Source of the DNA: a virus
Reading direction: 5' to 3' (one strand)
Virus record (IMG/VR): IMGVR_UViG_3300025137_000023
Location: 19,291-83,290 of that record
Length of the DNA: 64,000 nt
Shown one piece after another: positions 1 through 9,339 of this stretch. Each line of letters opens with the position of its first letter. Position 1 is the stretch's first letter. The notes under the pieces were generated by a model. The model was not told where the DNA came from, did no database searches, and saw only the letters and a list, made by a program, of their open reading frames with translations. A program made the position numbers and the translations under genes.

Positions 1-996
1 TACGTTACTAGGTGTCTCTTGTTCTTCTGGACTTGCTACTTCTAACATTGGATAGTATTTTCTAACATAACTATCACGTTCTTCTTGTTCTGCAGGTTCG
101 ATGTGACCACGTGTGTTGTGTGCAGTCATAATCATTTCCATACGTTTAATTTCTTGTTCAGTACCAAACTTTGCTACAAGTTCCATTGCATTTTCAGTAT
201 GCATATTCTCATCTTCGTTAGCAAGGAAATCTGCTTTAGTAAAGTCATATTCAACTTGACCACCTGGTGTCATATCATATGATTCGTTTTCAATACTCTT
301 TGTTTGAAAAGCAGATAGTTCTTCTATACTATCAAATGGTCCGCCAACCATTTTACCGTTTCTAAATGCGTAGAACTTACCGTTCTTATGTACTGCCGAA
401 ATACCATACTTGTTCATTTGCGGAACCGCTTCATGCATTTCATCATCACTCATTAAGTTGCCATCTGGCATAACGTGATATCCGTCAGGTATAGGTTTAC
501 ACATACCTGATGATTTGCAAAAGTATTGACCATCTTTACATTGGTCTTTTGATTCAGCAACAATTGGCTGTACTGGTGTTAGTGTAGAAACACCTGCTAA
601 TTTCATAATTTGTTCTATATCTGCATCAGCATTTTCTACTGATGTAGGCTTAGGTAATTTATTATCAATTCCTAGCATCTTCGCAATTTTTTGAAAGCCT
701 TCCCAACTAGTAACCATTGACTCTGCACTTTTTTTATCTTTAGGTTCTCTTCTTGCTACCCAACTATTAATTCGTCCAGCAATCGTAGGATCAATTTCAA
801 CTGTGTAACCATCATCGAATCTAACAGGGTGTGCACCTGATTTTCTCATTTCAATATTTTGTAATACTCTATATGGGTCTGCTTGTTTAATAGGTGTATT
901 CTTTTTACCTAACCCAAATAATTCTACTAGTTCTTCTTCTGAATAATATCTACGAGATTCTAGTTCTACGTTACTGTTTACTTCGTTAACTTTCAT
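1..996 (-). CDS. Acidic phage protein, probable head/internal protein (runs off the window start)
   Basis: Not in the ORF track. Hand-translated from ATG 996 (MKVNEVNSNVELESRRYYSEE...), open to position 1; overlaps the stop of ORF 986-1945. Confidence 0.75.
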   Translation of the reverse strand, partial: MKVNEVNSNVELESRRYYSEEELVELFGLGKKNTPIKQADPYRVLQNIEMRKSGAHPVRFDDGYTVEIDPTIAGRINSWVARREPKDKKSAESMVTSWEGFQKIAKMLGIDNKLPKPTSVENADADIEQIMKLAGVSTLTPVQPIVAESKDQCKDGQYFCKSSGMCKPIPDGYHVMPDGNLMSDDEMHEAVPQMNKYGISAVHKNGKFYAFRNGKMVGGPFDSIEELSAFQTKSIENESYDMTPGGQVEYDFTKADFLANEDENMHTENAMELVAKFGTEQEIKRMEMIMTAHNTRGHIEPAEQEERDSYVRKYYPMLEVASPEEQETPSNV

Positions 997-1945
997 TGCG
1001 TATTTCTCCGTCTTCATTACTTTCATTCTTTGCAACGAAGTCTTTAATCATTTTATATATGTCTTCACCTGCCTTAACGTATGCTTTAGCAAACTCATCT
1101 TCGCTATAACCCATTAAGGAAGCAAGTCCTGGCTCGCCGTCACCTTTGTACATATCTATTAAATCTTTTTCCATAGAAGATGATAGAGACGTCATGCCTT
1201 CTTCAACTTCATCACCATATGTTACACATGGGTCTTGTCCACAACCGCAGTTTTTCTTTTCTACTACTGCTTCTGCTTCTGCTGGCTCTTCGTTTAAAGC
1301 CGCTTCTAATTCTGCTTTTAATTTACTATCAGTTACAATGTGTGCCATTGAACGATAGTGACCATCTTCTAATGCCTCATAGGCATTTGATAATGATTCT
1401 TGTATACTACTGCAACACCCAGTATCACCACCAATAGCATCAATCTTTTTATGCATTAAGCCATCGGGTCTAAATACTTTCTCTAATGAGTTAATCATTG
1501 CTTGAGCTTTTTGAAACATATTCTCAACATAGTTCTCATCTGGTGTGCCTTCTTTAACTTCTTCTTCTTTAAAAGTATGACCTTCGTCTTCAGCCGTTTG
1601 TGCGAATGCTTCTAATACTTCATCAGTAGTTCCAAAGTCATCATTGTCAATAGTAAATGCTTTATCATTTCTATCGTATTGACCTTGTGCAACTATTTTA
1701 TTATCAATTAATACATCTAAATCATATGTGTCTGTGTGTGACTCTGTCATACGCATTTCAATATTGCCTTTAGATGCAATAAGGTTGTCATTTTCTTCTG
1801 ATACACTATTAAACTTATCTAAGATGCCACGCATATCATCTGCAGACTCAGTAACAACTTCTTTATTGTTGTTCTCTGCGTTCTGATAATTCTCTTCTGA
1901 CATTTGGTTAAGTTTGTTAACTAGTGTTGCAAAATCGTCTGACAT
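986..1945 (-). CDS. Acidic hypothetical phage protein
   Basis: 319 aa ORF with GGAG RBS; very Glu/Asp rich. Confidence 0.75.
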   Translation of the reverse strand: MSDDFATLVNKLNQMSEENYQNAENNNKEVVTESADDMRGILDKFNSVSEENDNLIASKGNIEMRMTESHTDTYDLDVLIDNKIVAQGQYDRNDKAFTIDNDDFGTTDEVLEAFAQTAEDEGHTFKEEEVKEGTPDENYVENMFQKAQAMINSLEKVFRPDGLMHKKIDAIGGDTGCCSSIQESLSNAYEALEDGHYRSMAHIVTDSKLKAELEAALNEEPAEAEAVVEKKNCGCGQDPCVTYGDEVEEGMTSLSSSMEKDLIDMYKGDGEPGLASLMGYSEDEFAKAYVKAGEDIYKMIKDFVAKNESNEDGEIRNES

Positions 1946-1946
1946 A

Positions 1947-2312
1947 TTACTCTCCTTTAATTGATTCCTGTGGTTCTATTACTGGCATTTCTTCGCTTGG
2001 TAATTCCGTTGGCACCTCTGCAGGTCGCTCTACTTTTTGAATATCAATTTCTGGCTTCAGCATATCATATTCTAAATGATGTTTAACTGAGCTCATGTAA
2101 TCTGCTGATTTTGTAATTTTGGCTTGTACCCAACCTTCTAAGCCTTCTTGTTCAGAAACGTTGGCTAACATTTTATGCAATTCGATTGCATACTTGGCAA
2201 TTTTATAACAATCACTACGAGCCATTTGCACTTCGTGGTCTTGTTCCATTACAGCCGCTTCTGAGGACAAATTTTCTTTTAAAGGTTTTTTAATAAATTG
2301 TCTTTTTCTCAT
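1947..2312 (-). CDS. Conserved large-phage hypothetical protein
   Basis: DHEVQMARS...LEGWVQAKITKSADY motif of a type seen in large myophages; late TAAATA site at 2344-2349. Confidence 0.7.
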   Translation of the reverse strand: MRKRQFIKKPLKENLSSEAAVMEQDHEVQMARSDCYKIAKYAIELHKMLANVSEQEGLEGWVQAKITKSADYMSSVKHHLEYDMLKPEIDIQKVERPAEVPTELPSEEMPVIEPQESIKGE

Positions 2313-2420
2313 AATAACTCCAATTATATCTTTGCTTATGTTGTATTTATTCTTTTACAACAAATAAACTATCTCATAACTGCCCACGAATACACTTAAT
2401 AGTAGAATAATATACTACTG

Positions 2421-2645
2421 TTAAGCGAAGATTGATTTAACTTTCTTCGTATACGGGGGAAATTTAGTCTTTTTCTTCTTGGGTGTTGTATAACCATATG
2501 GATCTACTGCTTTTCGAGCCTTTTTAGGGTCTCCAAACAATGGAAATGCCACAGCCGCTCCAGCCACTGCACTACTATCTGTAGCACCAGGCGTTGCGTC
2601 TTCTTTGACATTATTGTCCGTTGATGTAACTTCCCAAATTTTCAT
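2421..2645 (-). CDS. Small late protein (MKIWEV N-terminus)
   Basis: 74 aa ORF; TAAATA lies 5 nt upstream of the ATG. Confidence 0.7.
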   Translation of the reverse strand: MKIWEVTSTDNNVKEDATPGATDSSAVAGAAVAFPLFGDPKKARKAVDPYGYTTPKKKKTKFPPYTKKVKSIFA

Positions 2646-2661
2646 ACTAGTATTTAGTTAA

Positions 2662-3447
2662 TTAATGATGTTCGGTCATACTCAATACCTTCAACACGTT
2701 TTCCCATGTTTTGGGTACGTTCATTACTAAATGTATAATGTTATCGTCCCAAGCCGCGGTTCTGTGTGTTTTTCTTGTATCGCAGTAATATAATCTCATT
2801 GGCTCAATGTCTACAGGTCTATAATCATGTACCCATTGAAATCCTTGGTGTCCGCAATTTTCACTTAAAAATCCGACAATTCTAAAACAATCTCTACTGA
2901 GGTATGGCGAATCTCTGTGTGGTGGGAACCAACCTCCTTTATTCAGTTTAACTAACATACATCTTCCTAATGATTCGAAAGCATTAAAGATAGGGTGTAA
3001 TGCAGTTAAATTATGATATGCTTCTGTTGGGTAATGTAAGTCTGCTTCTAGTATACGTTCGCCTGGCTTCTCACCTAGACGTTTTCTTACTTCTGGCATA
3101 CTTAAACTGTCACCTACTGCGTCTCCTTCGGCTCCTACTAACAATAATCCTTCACGGTCATTAGTAACACCTTCACGTCTTAAGTAAGGTACCCATTTAT
3201 CTTTGTACTGTTTTAATTCTTTATCAAATAAATCTTTATCTATTTTAGTATCTAATGGAGCAAAGTCTCCAATGGCGTTTAACTGTAACTCACAACGAAT
3301 ATCTTCTTCAGTTGGTTCTGGCATTTTATATCCAGTAACACCATCATTAATGAAATAATGCTTATAATAATTAGGTGCATTCTTTCTAGGTGGTATCCAG
3401 TCAATTTTTTTACCGTCTTTGGTAAACTCGTCGTCTCTATGTGCCAT
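2662..3447 (-). CDS. 2OG-Fe(II) oxygenase, Asp/Asn beta-hydroxylase-like
   Basis: GGWFPPHRD (HxD) and a distal THRT histidine; sigma70 promoter upstream. Confidence 0.6.
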   Translation of the reverse strand: MAHRDDEFTKDGKKIDWIPPRKNAPNYYKHYFINDGVTGYKMPEPTEEDIRCELQLNAIGDFAPLDTKIDKDLFDKELKQYKDKWVPYLRREGVTNDREGLLLVGAEGDAVGDSLSMPEVRKRLGEKPGERILEADLHYPTEAYHNLTALHPIFNAFESLGRCMLVKLNKGGWFPPHRDSPYLSRDCFRIVGFLSENCGHQGFQWVHDYRPVDIEPMRLYYCDTRKTHRTAAWDDNIIHLVMNVPKTWENVLKVLSMTEHH

Positions 3448-3472
3448 GTTTGATTGTTTTCCTTATGCTTGT

Positions 3473-3501
3473 ACTATACATAACTTTGATGTGAATGTCA
3501 A
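3473..3501 (-). promoter_or_regulatory. sigma70-type promoter
   Basis: TTGACA-17 bp-TATAGT on the minus strand. Confidence 0.65.
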
Positions 3502-3504
3502 GAA

Positions 3505-3702
3505 CTATTTAGAACCCATGTAACCAGCAATGATGCCAATTAATCCTGTGAGTGCCATTTTCATTAATGTAATAACACTTTCGTCTACAGGTCTATTCTC
3601 TTGTAGTGCAACATAATAGTCTCCTATGATTATTACACCTAGTAATGTGAGTACTCCACCTACTAATAGTACTATAACTAAATCTTTTAAATTTTTTATC
3701 AT
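3505..3702 (-). CDS. Small two-TM membrane protein
   Basis: Two hydrophobic helices. Confidence 0.6.
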   Translation of the reverse strand: MIKNLKDLVIVLLVGGVLTLLGVIIIGDYYVALQENRPVDESVITLMKMALTGLIGIIAGYMGSK

Positions 3703-3703
3703 A

Positions 3704-4006
3704 TTATTTCTTTACTGTATTGGAAACGTTCTTAGCCTTACCTTTACGGTTTTTACTAGGATCATCTCTGCGTTTCTTATTAACAGCCGCCGCGATTGCT
3801 TTTTTGCCGCCTTTGGCTCTTAAACTTGCCGCACGTGATTTAGATAAACACTTAGGCTTACCTTCGCCTTTGCTTCTGTCTCCGCATTTACCAATACGTT
3901 CTCCTTTGGTATTATAACGATCCCAACCGCCTCCACCTGCTCCGCCTTTTTTTCCTTTGCCGAACCATGCTCGTAGGTCTTCTGATATAATCTCTGAGTA
4001 TCGCAT
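3704..4006 (-). CDS. Basic Gly/Lys-rich phage protein (putative internal DNA-binding)
   Basis: MRYSEIISE N-terminus; K/G rich; KPKCL motif. Confidence 0.65.
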   Translation of the reverse strand: MRYSEIISEDLRAWFGKGKKGGAGGGGWDRYNTKGERIGKCGDRSKGEGKPKCLSKSRAASLRAKGGKKAIAAAVNKKRRDDPSKNRKGKAKNVSNTVKK

Positions 4007-4489
4007 TTATTTTTTACTCTTGCCCCAATTAGCCGCACCAACTTTTCTACATTTTGTCAATGCACCACTGGCATATGCACTAGGCCATACCTTGTAACGT
4101 GATTTTACTTTATGATAACAAGCATCTTTTTCGCCTGCCTTTTCATCAAACTGTTCTTCAGTTAATGCTTTTTGTTGTGTAAGTTCTATTAATTTCATTT
4201 GTTTATCTTCGGCTACCTTAAAGTTATATGCAAAATTAACTTGCTTTGCTAATTGGTTGCCTCTATCTCTTTCACTTTTCTTAGAGCTTTTTTTTAAGTG
4301 ATTTGCTTTAGCTCTAAGGTTTTTTAAATCTGTCTTACTTATCTTGTCTCCAGCACCTTTACCTAAGTATTGTGCCGCTTTGCGTTTTAAACTTCCTGGA
4401 CGACTCCCAGGTTTGGCTTTGCCAGTGAAGTCTTCAAGTAAACTATCTAGTTCCTCAATAACCCATTGGACTCTATCTTGATAATCCAT
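4007..4489 (-). CDS. Basic phage protein
   Basis: C-terminal KVKSRYKVWPSAYASGAL motif common in myophages. Confidence 0.65.
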   Translation of the reverse strand: MDYQDRVQWVIEELDSLLEDFTGKAKPGSRPGSLKRKAAQYLGKGAGDKISKTDLKNLRAKANHLKKSSKKSERDRGNQLAKQVNFAYNFKVAEDKQMKLIELTQQKALTEEQFDEKAGEKDACYHKVKSRYKVWPSAYASGALTKCRKVGAANWGKSKK

Positions 4490-4508
4490 AACAAGTCTCC
4501 TTGTCTTA

Positions 4509-5933
4509 TTATTTATTCCCTATACCTAAGTTACTTAATGTATTAGGGTCACTGTTCTTTGCCGCTGACTTATGCATCAACGGAGGGTTACCATTTTTAT
4601 CAATGATAAGACCCAATTTTTTTGCCTGTCGTTGTGTTTCTCCTGGCTTAACGTCTACTGTCGTATTTTGTTTAGTAATAATGCCATTTTCTATTATCGC
4701 TCTATCTCCATATATTTCAGCATATGTCTTCATTAAGTTACGCCAATCTAAATTTTTAATAGTACGTCCTAGTTGTTGTGCATAGTATCCTGAAGTATGT
4801 TTTAAAGGTTCAGGAAATCTTTCTGCTTTCTTTCTTACCATTAAATCGTGTAGTAAGTCAGCCGCTCTCTTATATAAACTCGGGTGTGTTTTAAGGTTTG
4901 CAAATCTTTTAATATCATCTACAAAATCTTCATTAATTTCAGAGTCTAATTTAGATATAGTTCTATCTATAGTTTTGTTATTATGCTTAATAGCAATACC
5001 ACCTGCTTGTTCCCATTTACGAATATTATCACCATAGTCGTCAATTAAACCGTTTGGAGTTCCGTCTGGTTGTTTAGCATACTTAGATTTGTTTGGATCA
5101 ATAATAATCTTTTGTGGTGGGAATGATCCTAAATGTTTTTTAATCCATTCACGTTTCTGTGGTTCTGAGTTTTTGTCTCCTGGTAATGGAGCACTTAATA
5201 TATTATACTTGCCTTTGTATGCTTTAATGGCACTTAATAATTGTAATGCGTTGCTTGTCATTGGAATATTAATCCAAAAGTCTTTTTGTTGTTTAACTTT
5301 TTCTAATGCTTGTGGAACGTCTTTGATATTACGCCAGTTGTCTACACCTATTAACTTTGCCCAACTTCCAAAAAAGTCTGCAAGTACGCCGTCCATGTCT
5401 ACAAACAATTCTGAATTAGGTGCTAGTTCTTCAAATATATCTGTTCCAGCATAATCACCGTACATCTCTTGCCACTGTCTAGTATTATCTTCTTCTGCTT
5501 CAGTCCAACTAAATTCTTCTACTGCAAATTCAGGGTTGCTAGTTTTAAAATCTTTCTTACGCATCACAGTTTTTGCAACTAAATCTAATTCGTTATTAGC
5601 ATTGTCCCATTGTAAAACAAAAGGTATGTTAACATCAGTTCTCATATCTTTCATTACTGCTTCTGCATCTGGGCCTAATTGTGCAATTTTCTTACCGTAG
5701 TACTTGTACTCTTGTTTAAATATTCTTATAAGTTCAGCAACTGAAATTTGTTTATCGTTTCGTGAATCGTTTACTCTATCTAAGAAGTGTCTAGTAAACT
5801 CTACATCAACACCTACTTTAGCAAACAATCTATCAGCATAGTCTTCAAGTTTATTCAAGTCACCTTGTGTAACTGGTACACTATCTTTTGAATACTCTCT
5901 TAACCATTTATACGACATTATTTCTTCTTCCAT
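4509..5933 (-). CDS. Multidomain protein with central HAD 5'(3')-deoxyribonucleotidase domain
   Basis: FVDMDGVLADF (HAD motif I), ILSAP, and GLIDD (motif IV). Confidence 0.7.
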   Translation of the reverse strand: MEEEIMSYKWLREYSKDSVPVTQGDLNKLEDYADRLFAKVGVDVEFTRHFLDRVNDSRNDKQISVAELIRIFKQEYKYYGKKIAQLGPDAEAVMKDMRTDVNIPFVLQWDNANNELDLVAKTVMRKKDFKTSNPEFAVEEFSWTEAEEDNTRQWQEMYGDYAGTDIFEELAPNSELFVDMDGVLADFFGSWAKLIGVDNWRNIKDVPQALEKVKQQKDFWINIPMTSNALQLLSAIKAYKGKYNILSAPLPGDKNSEPQKREWIKKHLGSFPPQKIIIDPNKSKYAKQPDGTPNGLIDDYGDNIRKWEQAGGIAIKHNNKTIDRTISKLDSEINEDFVDDIKRFANLKTHPSLYKRAADLLHDLMVRKKAERFPEPLKHTSGYYAQQLGRTIKNLDWRNLMKTYAEIYGDRAIIENGIITKQNTTVDVKPGETQRQAKKLGLIIDKNGNPPLMHKSAAKNSDPNTLSNLGIGNK

Positions 5934-6214
5934 TTACTTTCTTTGTTAGCATCAAACATATCTTCAACAGTTGTTTTACAATTCTCGTGCCAGTATCTGC
6001 CACTTTCTCTTAACTGTTCATTGTCTGTTCTTAGCATCTCCAATTTTTTCATTATCATCTTGTGTTGCCACTGTGATAGTTTTTGTTTGTCTTGTACCTT
6101 TTGTATTCTTTCTAGTATGTCATCTACTGTAGGACAAGTAAAGTCCGGATACTTAGGCGACTTCTTTTTTAACTTTGTCCAGTACTGTCTTTGGTCAACC
6201 TTTTTCTTTGCCAT
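5918..6214 (-). CDS. Hypothetical protein
   Basis: 98 aa ORF with GAGGGA RBS; overlaps neighbours. Confidence 0.55.
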   Translation of the reverse strand: MAKKKVDQRQYWTKLKKKSPKYPDFTCPTVDDILERIQKVQDKQKLSQWQHKMIMKKLEMLRTDNEQLRESGRYWHENCKTTVEDMFDANKESKWKKK

Positions 6215-7497
6215 GATTCCCTCAAATCTTTCTCAAAATTATCAAAAACATTTTTAGGGATACCTCGGCTGGCTTTTCCACCTGCACGTCTAGTATTTTC
6301 AATTTGAGTAAAAGCAGTGTCTAGTGATTTAACCATTAACTGCAATATTCCACTATCTAGTCTATTTTTAATATTTTTAAAATTAGTTGGTTCATTTTTA
6401 CCTGCCTCACTAGCCAAGTCTTTTAACTTGTTGTGTACGTCCATCATTAGTGTTTTAATTGTATAACGACCGACACCTTGAACAAGTACTTCACTGTTCA
6501 TAATGTCTTCCTTATCTAATGCATACAGGCTTTCAACAATCTTTGTGTTGTTATGTATTTGAACTACTGCTTTCAACTGTTCTAGTTTACTATTGATCTT
6601 CATGGAGTCTTGAACTGTTAACTGTTTTTCCTCTTTTAATTTTTTTACTTCCGCTTTTATTGATTCCATTCTACTAATAAATGGCTTTTTCTTTTTACTA
6701 CTTAATCCAAGTTTTTTAACGTTTGCATATTCACTGCCAACAGGACTATCTTTAGTTGCGTTTTGTTTTGTAACAATACCAACACCTGCTTCTGGCATTT
6801 TTTCAAGTTCTTTTCTTCTTACAAACTTGCTTGGTTTAGTTTGAATTTTTAAATTTGGTAACTTTTTATCTTTTTTCCATTGTCCTGTTTCTTTATGACC
6901 TGGATTCTTAACAACAAACTCTGTAATTTTTGATGTCATTAATTTGTGTACTTCTGCATCATACTTGCCAAATAAATCTGTTACCATTTTTTTCTGTGTT
7001 TCATTATCTGCTTTTGCAAAATTACTTCTAAATTCTGTTGCACTTTTCATTGGCTTACCTAATACTTTAAAACTTAAAGTAGGCACTGCAATAATGTATC
7101 CGTGCTTGTCTAGTGACTGCATATCCTTACCTGCTTTTTGAAAGTAACTTGGGCTACCATCTTTTTTAGGTTTGAATGTAAAACGTGGATCTTCAGCCAT
7201 ATCCTTTTCACTTACTGCAAACATTAATATAGTATCTGCAGGATCATACTTTGATACAAGCTCTTGTGCTTGGTATGGATTCTTAGTTTGGATAATAGCA
7301 TTTGCAGGAATGCCTGCAACTATCATCATCTTCTTTTTTTCTTCAAATGTAAAAGGACTTTTGGGAGGAGTAACTTTATCGCTTGTTGCTATGAATACTT
7401 TATCCGCACCAAACTTATTAACTAGTGAATTATATACACTAGCATGACCCTTATGGAAAGGATGGAATCTTCCTGGATAAATTACTAAATGATTCAT
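6169..7497 (-). CDS. HxGH (cytidylyltransferase-like) nucleotidyltransferase with C-terminal extension
   Basis: YPGRFHPFHKGH, SPFTFEEKK and SATEFR motifs. Confidence 0.7.
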   Translation of the reverse strand: MNHLVIYPGRFHPFHKGHASVYNSLVNKFGADKVFIATSDKVTPPKSPFTFEEKKKMMIVAGIPANAIIQTKNPYQAQELVSKYDPADTILMFAVSEKDMAEDPRFTFKPKKDGSPSYFQKAGKDMQSLDKHGYIIAVPTLSFKVLGKPMKSATEFRSNFAKADNETQKKMVTDLFGKYDAEVHKLMTSKITEFVVKNPGHKETGQWKKDKKLPNLKIQTKPSKFVRRKELEKMPEAGVGIVTKQNATKDSPVGSEYANVKKLGLSSKKKKPFISRMESIKAEVKKLKEEKQLTVQDSMKINSKLEQLKAVVQIHNNTKIVESLYALDKEDIMNSEVLVQGVGRYTIKTLMMDVHNKLKDLASEAGKNEPTNFKNIKNRLDSGILQLMVKSLDTAFTQIENTRRAGGKASRGIPKNVFDNFEKDLRESWQRKRLTKDSTGQS

Positions 7498-7529
7498 TGT
7501 TTCTCCTATATAGTGTATTTATTATTTAA

Positions 7530-8222
7530 TTAAGAGAACGTGTGATAACCTGCATGGCCCAATTTAACGTCATTATGTGCCCATACTTTACCGCCCATAT
7601 CACGCCAACGTTTACAAAATGTAAAGTCTTCGCTTAAATAGTTGCCATCGGGTAATAACCAAGTATCAAATAGTGCATACATAAATGGCTCAAACTTGCT
7701 ATCTAAATTTAAAGTATTCTTATACTTTAAATCTACATAACGTTCAAACATCTTTTCTATAACGTGTCTTTTTATTAATAAAAAGCCAGTACCAATATCG
7801 TGTACTTCTTGTGTGCCTGATTCTTGTTGTACTTCATCTGGTAAAGGATTAATTACATATTGTATTGGGTAGTTCTTTTTAGGATATAATCCACCTATAA
7901 CATCTTTATCAGCGGCTACTAATTTATAAACGTCTAATGTTTCAAATCCAATATCCGCATCTATAAACATTAAGTGAGTTGCTTGTGTGTTTGCCATTCC
8001 TTTTGCAACAAGATTATTTCTTGCTCTTGTAACTAAACTTTCGTTTGCAATAGTTTCTAATGAAAACCTTAAATTGTTTCCATTCATATTAATAACGTGT
8101 CTAGTAAAACTAACAAAGAAATTTTCAAATACGGCGCCACCGTAACATGGAACCATAAAAGAAATATGGCTGTTTTTAATTAATGAAACTTCTGCTTCAT
8201 TAAAGGCATTTTGTTGAGACAA
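7530..8222 (-). CDS. GT-A fold glycosyltransferase-like protein
   Basis: RARN, FIDAD, GTGFLLI and SEDFTFC motifs. Confidence 0.7.
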   Translation of the reverse strand: MSQQNAFNEAEVSLIKNSHISFMVPCYGGAVFENFFVSFTRHVINMNGNNLRFSLETIANESLVTRARNNLVAKGMANTQATHLMFIDADIGFETLDVYKLVAADKDVIGGLYPKKNYPIQYVINPLPDEVQQESGTQEVHDIGTGFLLIKRHVIEKMFERYVDLKYKNTLNLDSKFEPFMYALFDTWLLPDGNYLSEDFTFCKRWRDMGGKVWAHNDVKLGHAGYHTFS

Positions 8223-8231
8223 AGGAACCCC

Positions 8232-8594
8232 TTAATAGTTGAATTGTACTTTTGTAAGTGTGCCGGCTGTGAAACTAGTTACTTTAGTTCTTATCCAAGT
8301 AAAGTTTCCTGTAAAATTATGTGTAACATTTGTGCTTGTTGCCGAACTACCATCACCAATTGTAACGCCAGGTATGTCTACCCAGTCTGTACTTGCTGGA
8401 TCTTGTTCCAATGTTCCTTGAAACGTAAGTATACCAATAAAACCATTGGGGAATACTGCGACTGTGTGTAAACCATCTGTGTATCCATAGTATCCATCTC
8501 CAGCAGATTTAACGCCAAAGAATGAAGTATCAGTGCCGTTATAATTGTCAGTTGGTGTACCGTGTGTAGTGGTTGCTATAAGTGTTTGTGTCAT
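8232..8594 (-). CDS. Probable virion structural protein
   Basis: Thr/Gly-rich beta protein; TATAAATA late promoter at 8613-8620. Confidence 0.6.
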   Translation of the reverse strand: MTQTLIATTTHGTPTDNYNGTDTSFFGVKSAGDGYYGYTDGLHTVAVFPNGFIGILTFQGTLEQDPASTDWVDIPGVTIGDGSSATSTNVTHNFTGNFTWIRTKVTSFTAGTLTKVQFNY

Positions 8595-8615
8595 ATTATA
8601 TTCCTATACTGTTAT

Positions 8616-9305
8616 TTATACAATTCTGTATGTGTATATTTGATTAATCACATTGCCAGCCATTAAGTTAAGCATAGTAATACTTTCTTCATTTAAAGCA
8701 TAAATGTATTCAGGCAAAGGCTTTTCCCTTGATCTGTTAACATACATTCTTCTAGTTTCCCAAGTCCAAGGAAACCTAATTTCTCCTGCTTCTTGGTAGT
8801 TTAATAGTGCTTCTACAACATCTTCAGGAACCCAAGTATACTTTGTTATACATTTTAGGTTGTATATACCATATGGCAGTTTGTCTGTAATGATAACGTT
8901 AGGTTCGTCTGTTAAACTTTCACTAAACTCAATTGCATTAAGTCCTGTATCTTCTGCTTTCTTTATGTAATCAACTTCATTAGTATAAAAGTCAATCATA
9001 GGAGATTCAACTCTTATTTTACCAAACATATCGAACTGTTGTCTATAAGCAAATATCTTTAATAATGCTTCTACTTCTCTAGCATCTAAAGACCAGATAC
9101 TTTTAAAACCATATCCTGTTTGTGTAAATCCTGTTGGAGTATTTTGAAAGTCTTTTTCACGTTCACGCATTTCATTTAGTGCGTCAAGTATTGCCGTTTC
9201 ACTATCGTATTGATAACAAGTTCGCAATAAAGACACGCCTCTTCTTAAAATGAATCGTACGCGATATTTAAATCTATTATAAAATAGTCTTTCGTTAGTA
9301 CCCAT
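8616..9305 (-). CDS. Hypothetical protein
   Basis: ORF; preferred start is ATG 9305, 5 nt after a TAAGTA late-like site. Confidence 0.6.
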   Translation of the reverse strand: MGTNERLFYNRFKYRVRFILRRGVSLLRTCYQYDSETAILDALNEMREREKDFQNTPTGFTQTGYGFKSIWSLDAREVEALLKIFAYRQQFDMFGKIRVESPMIDFYTNEVDYIKKAEDTGLNAIEFSESLTDEPNVIITDKLPYGIYNLKCITKYTWVPEDVVEALLNYQEAGEIRFPWTWETRRMYVNRSREKPLPEYIYALNEESITMLNLMAGNVINQIYTYRIV

Positions 9306-9339
9306 ACTAGTACTTATCAACTATTTTTTTATGGAAAAA

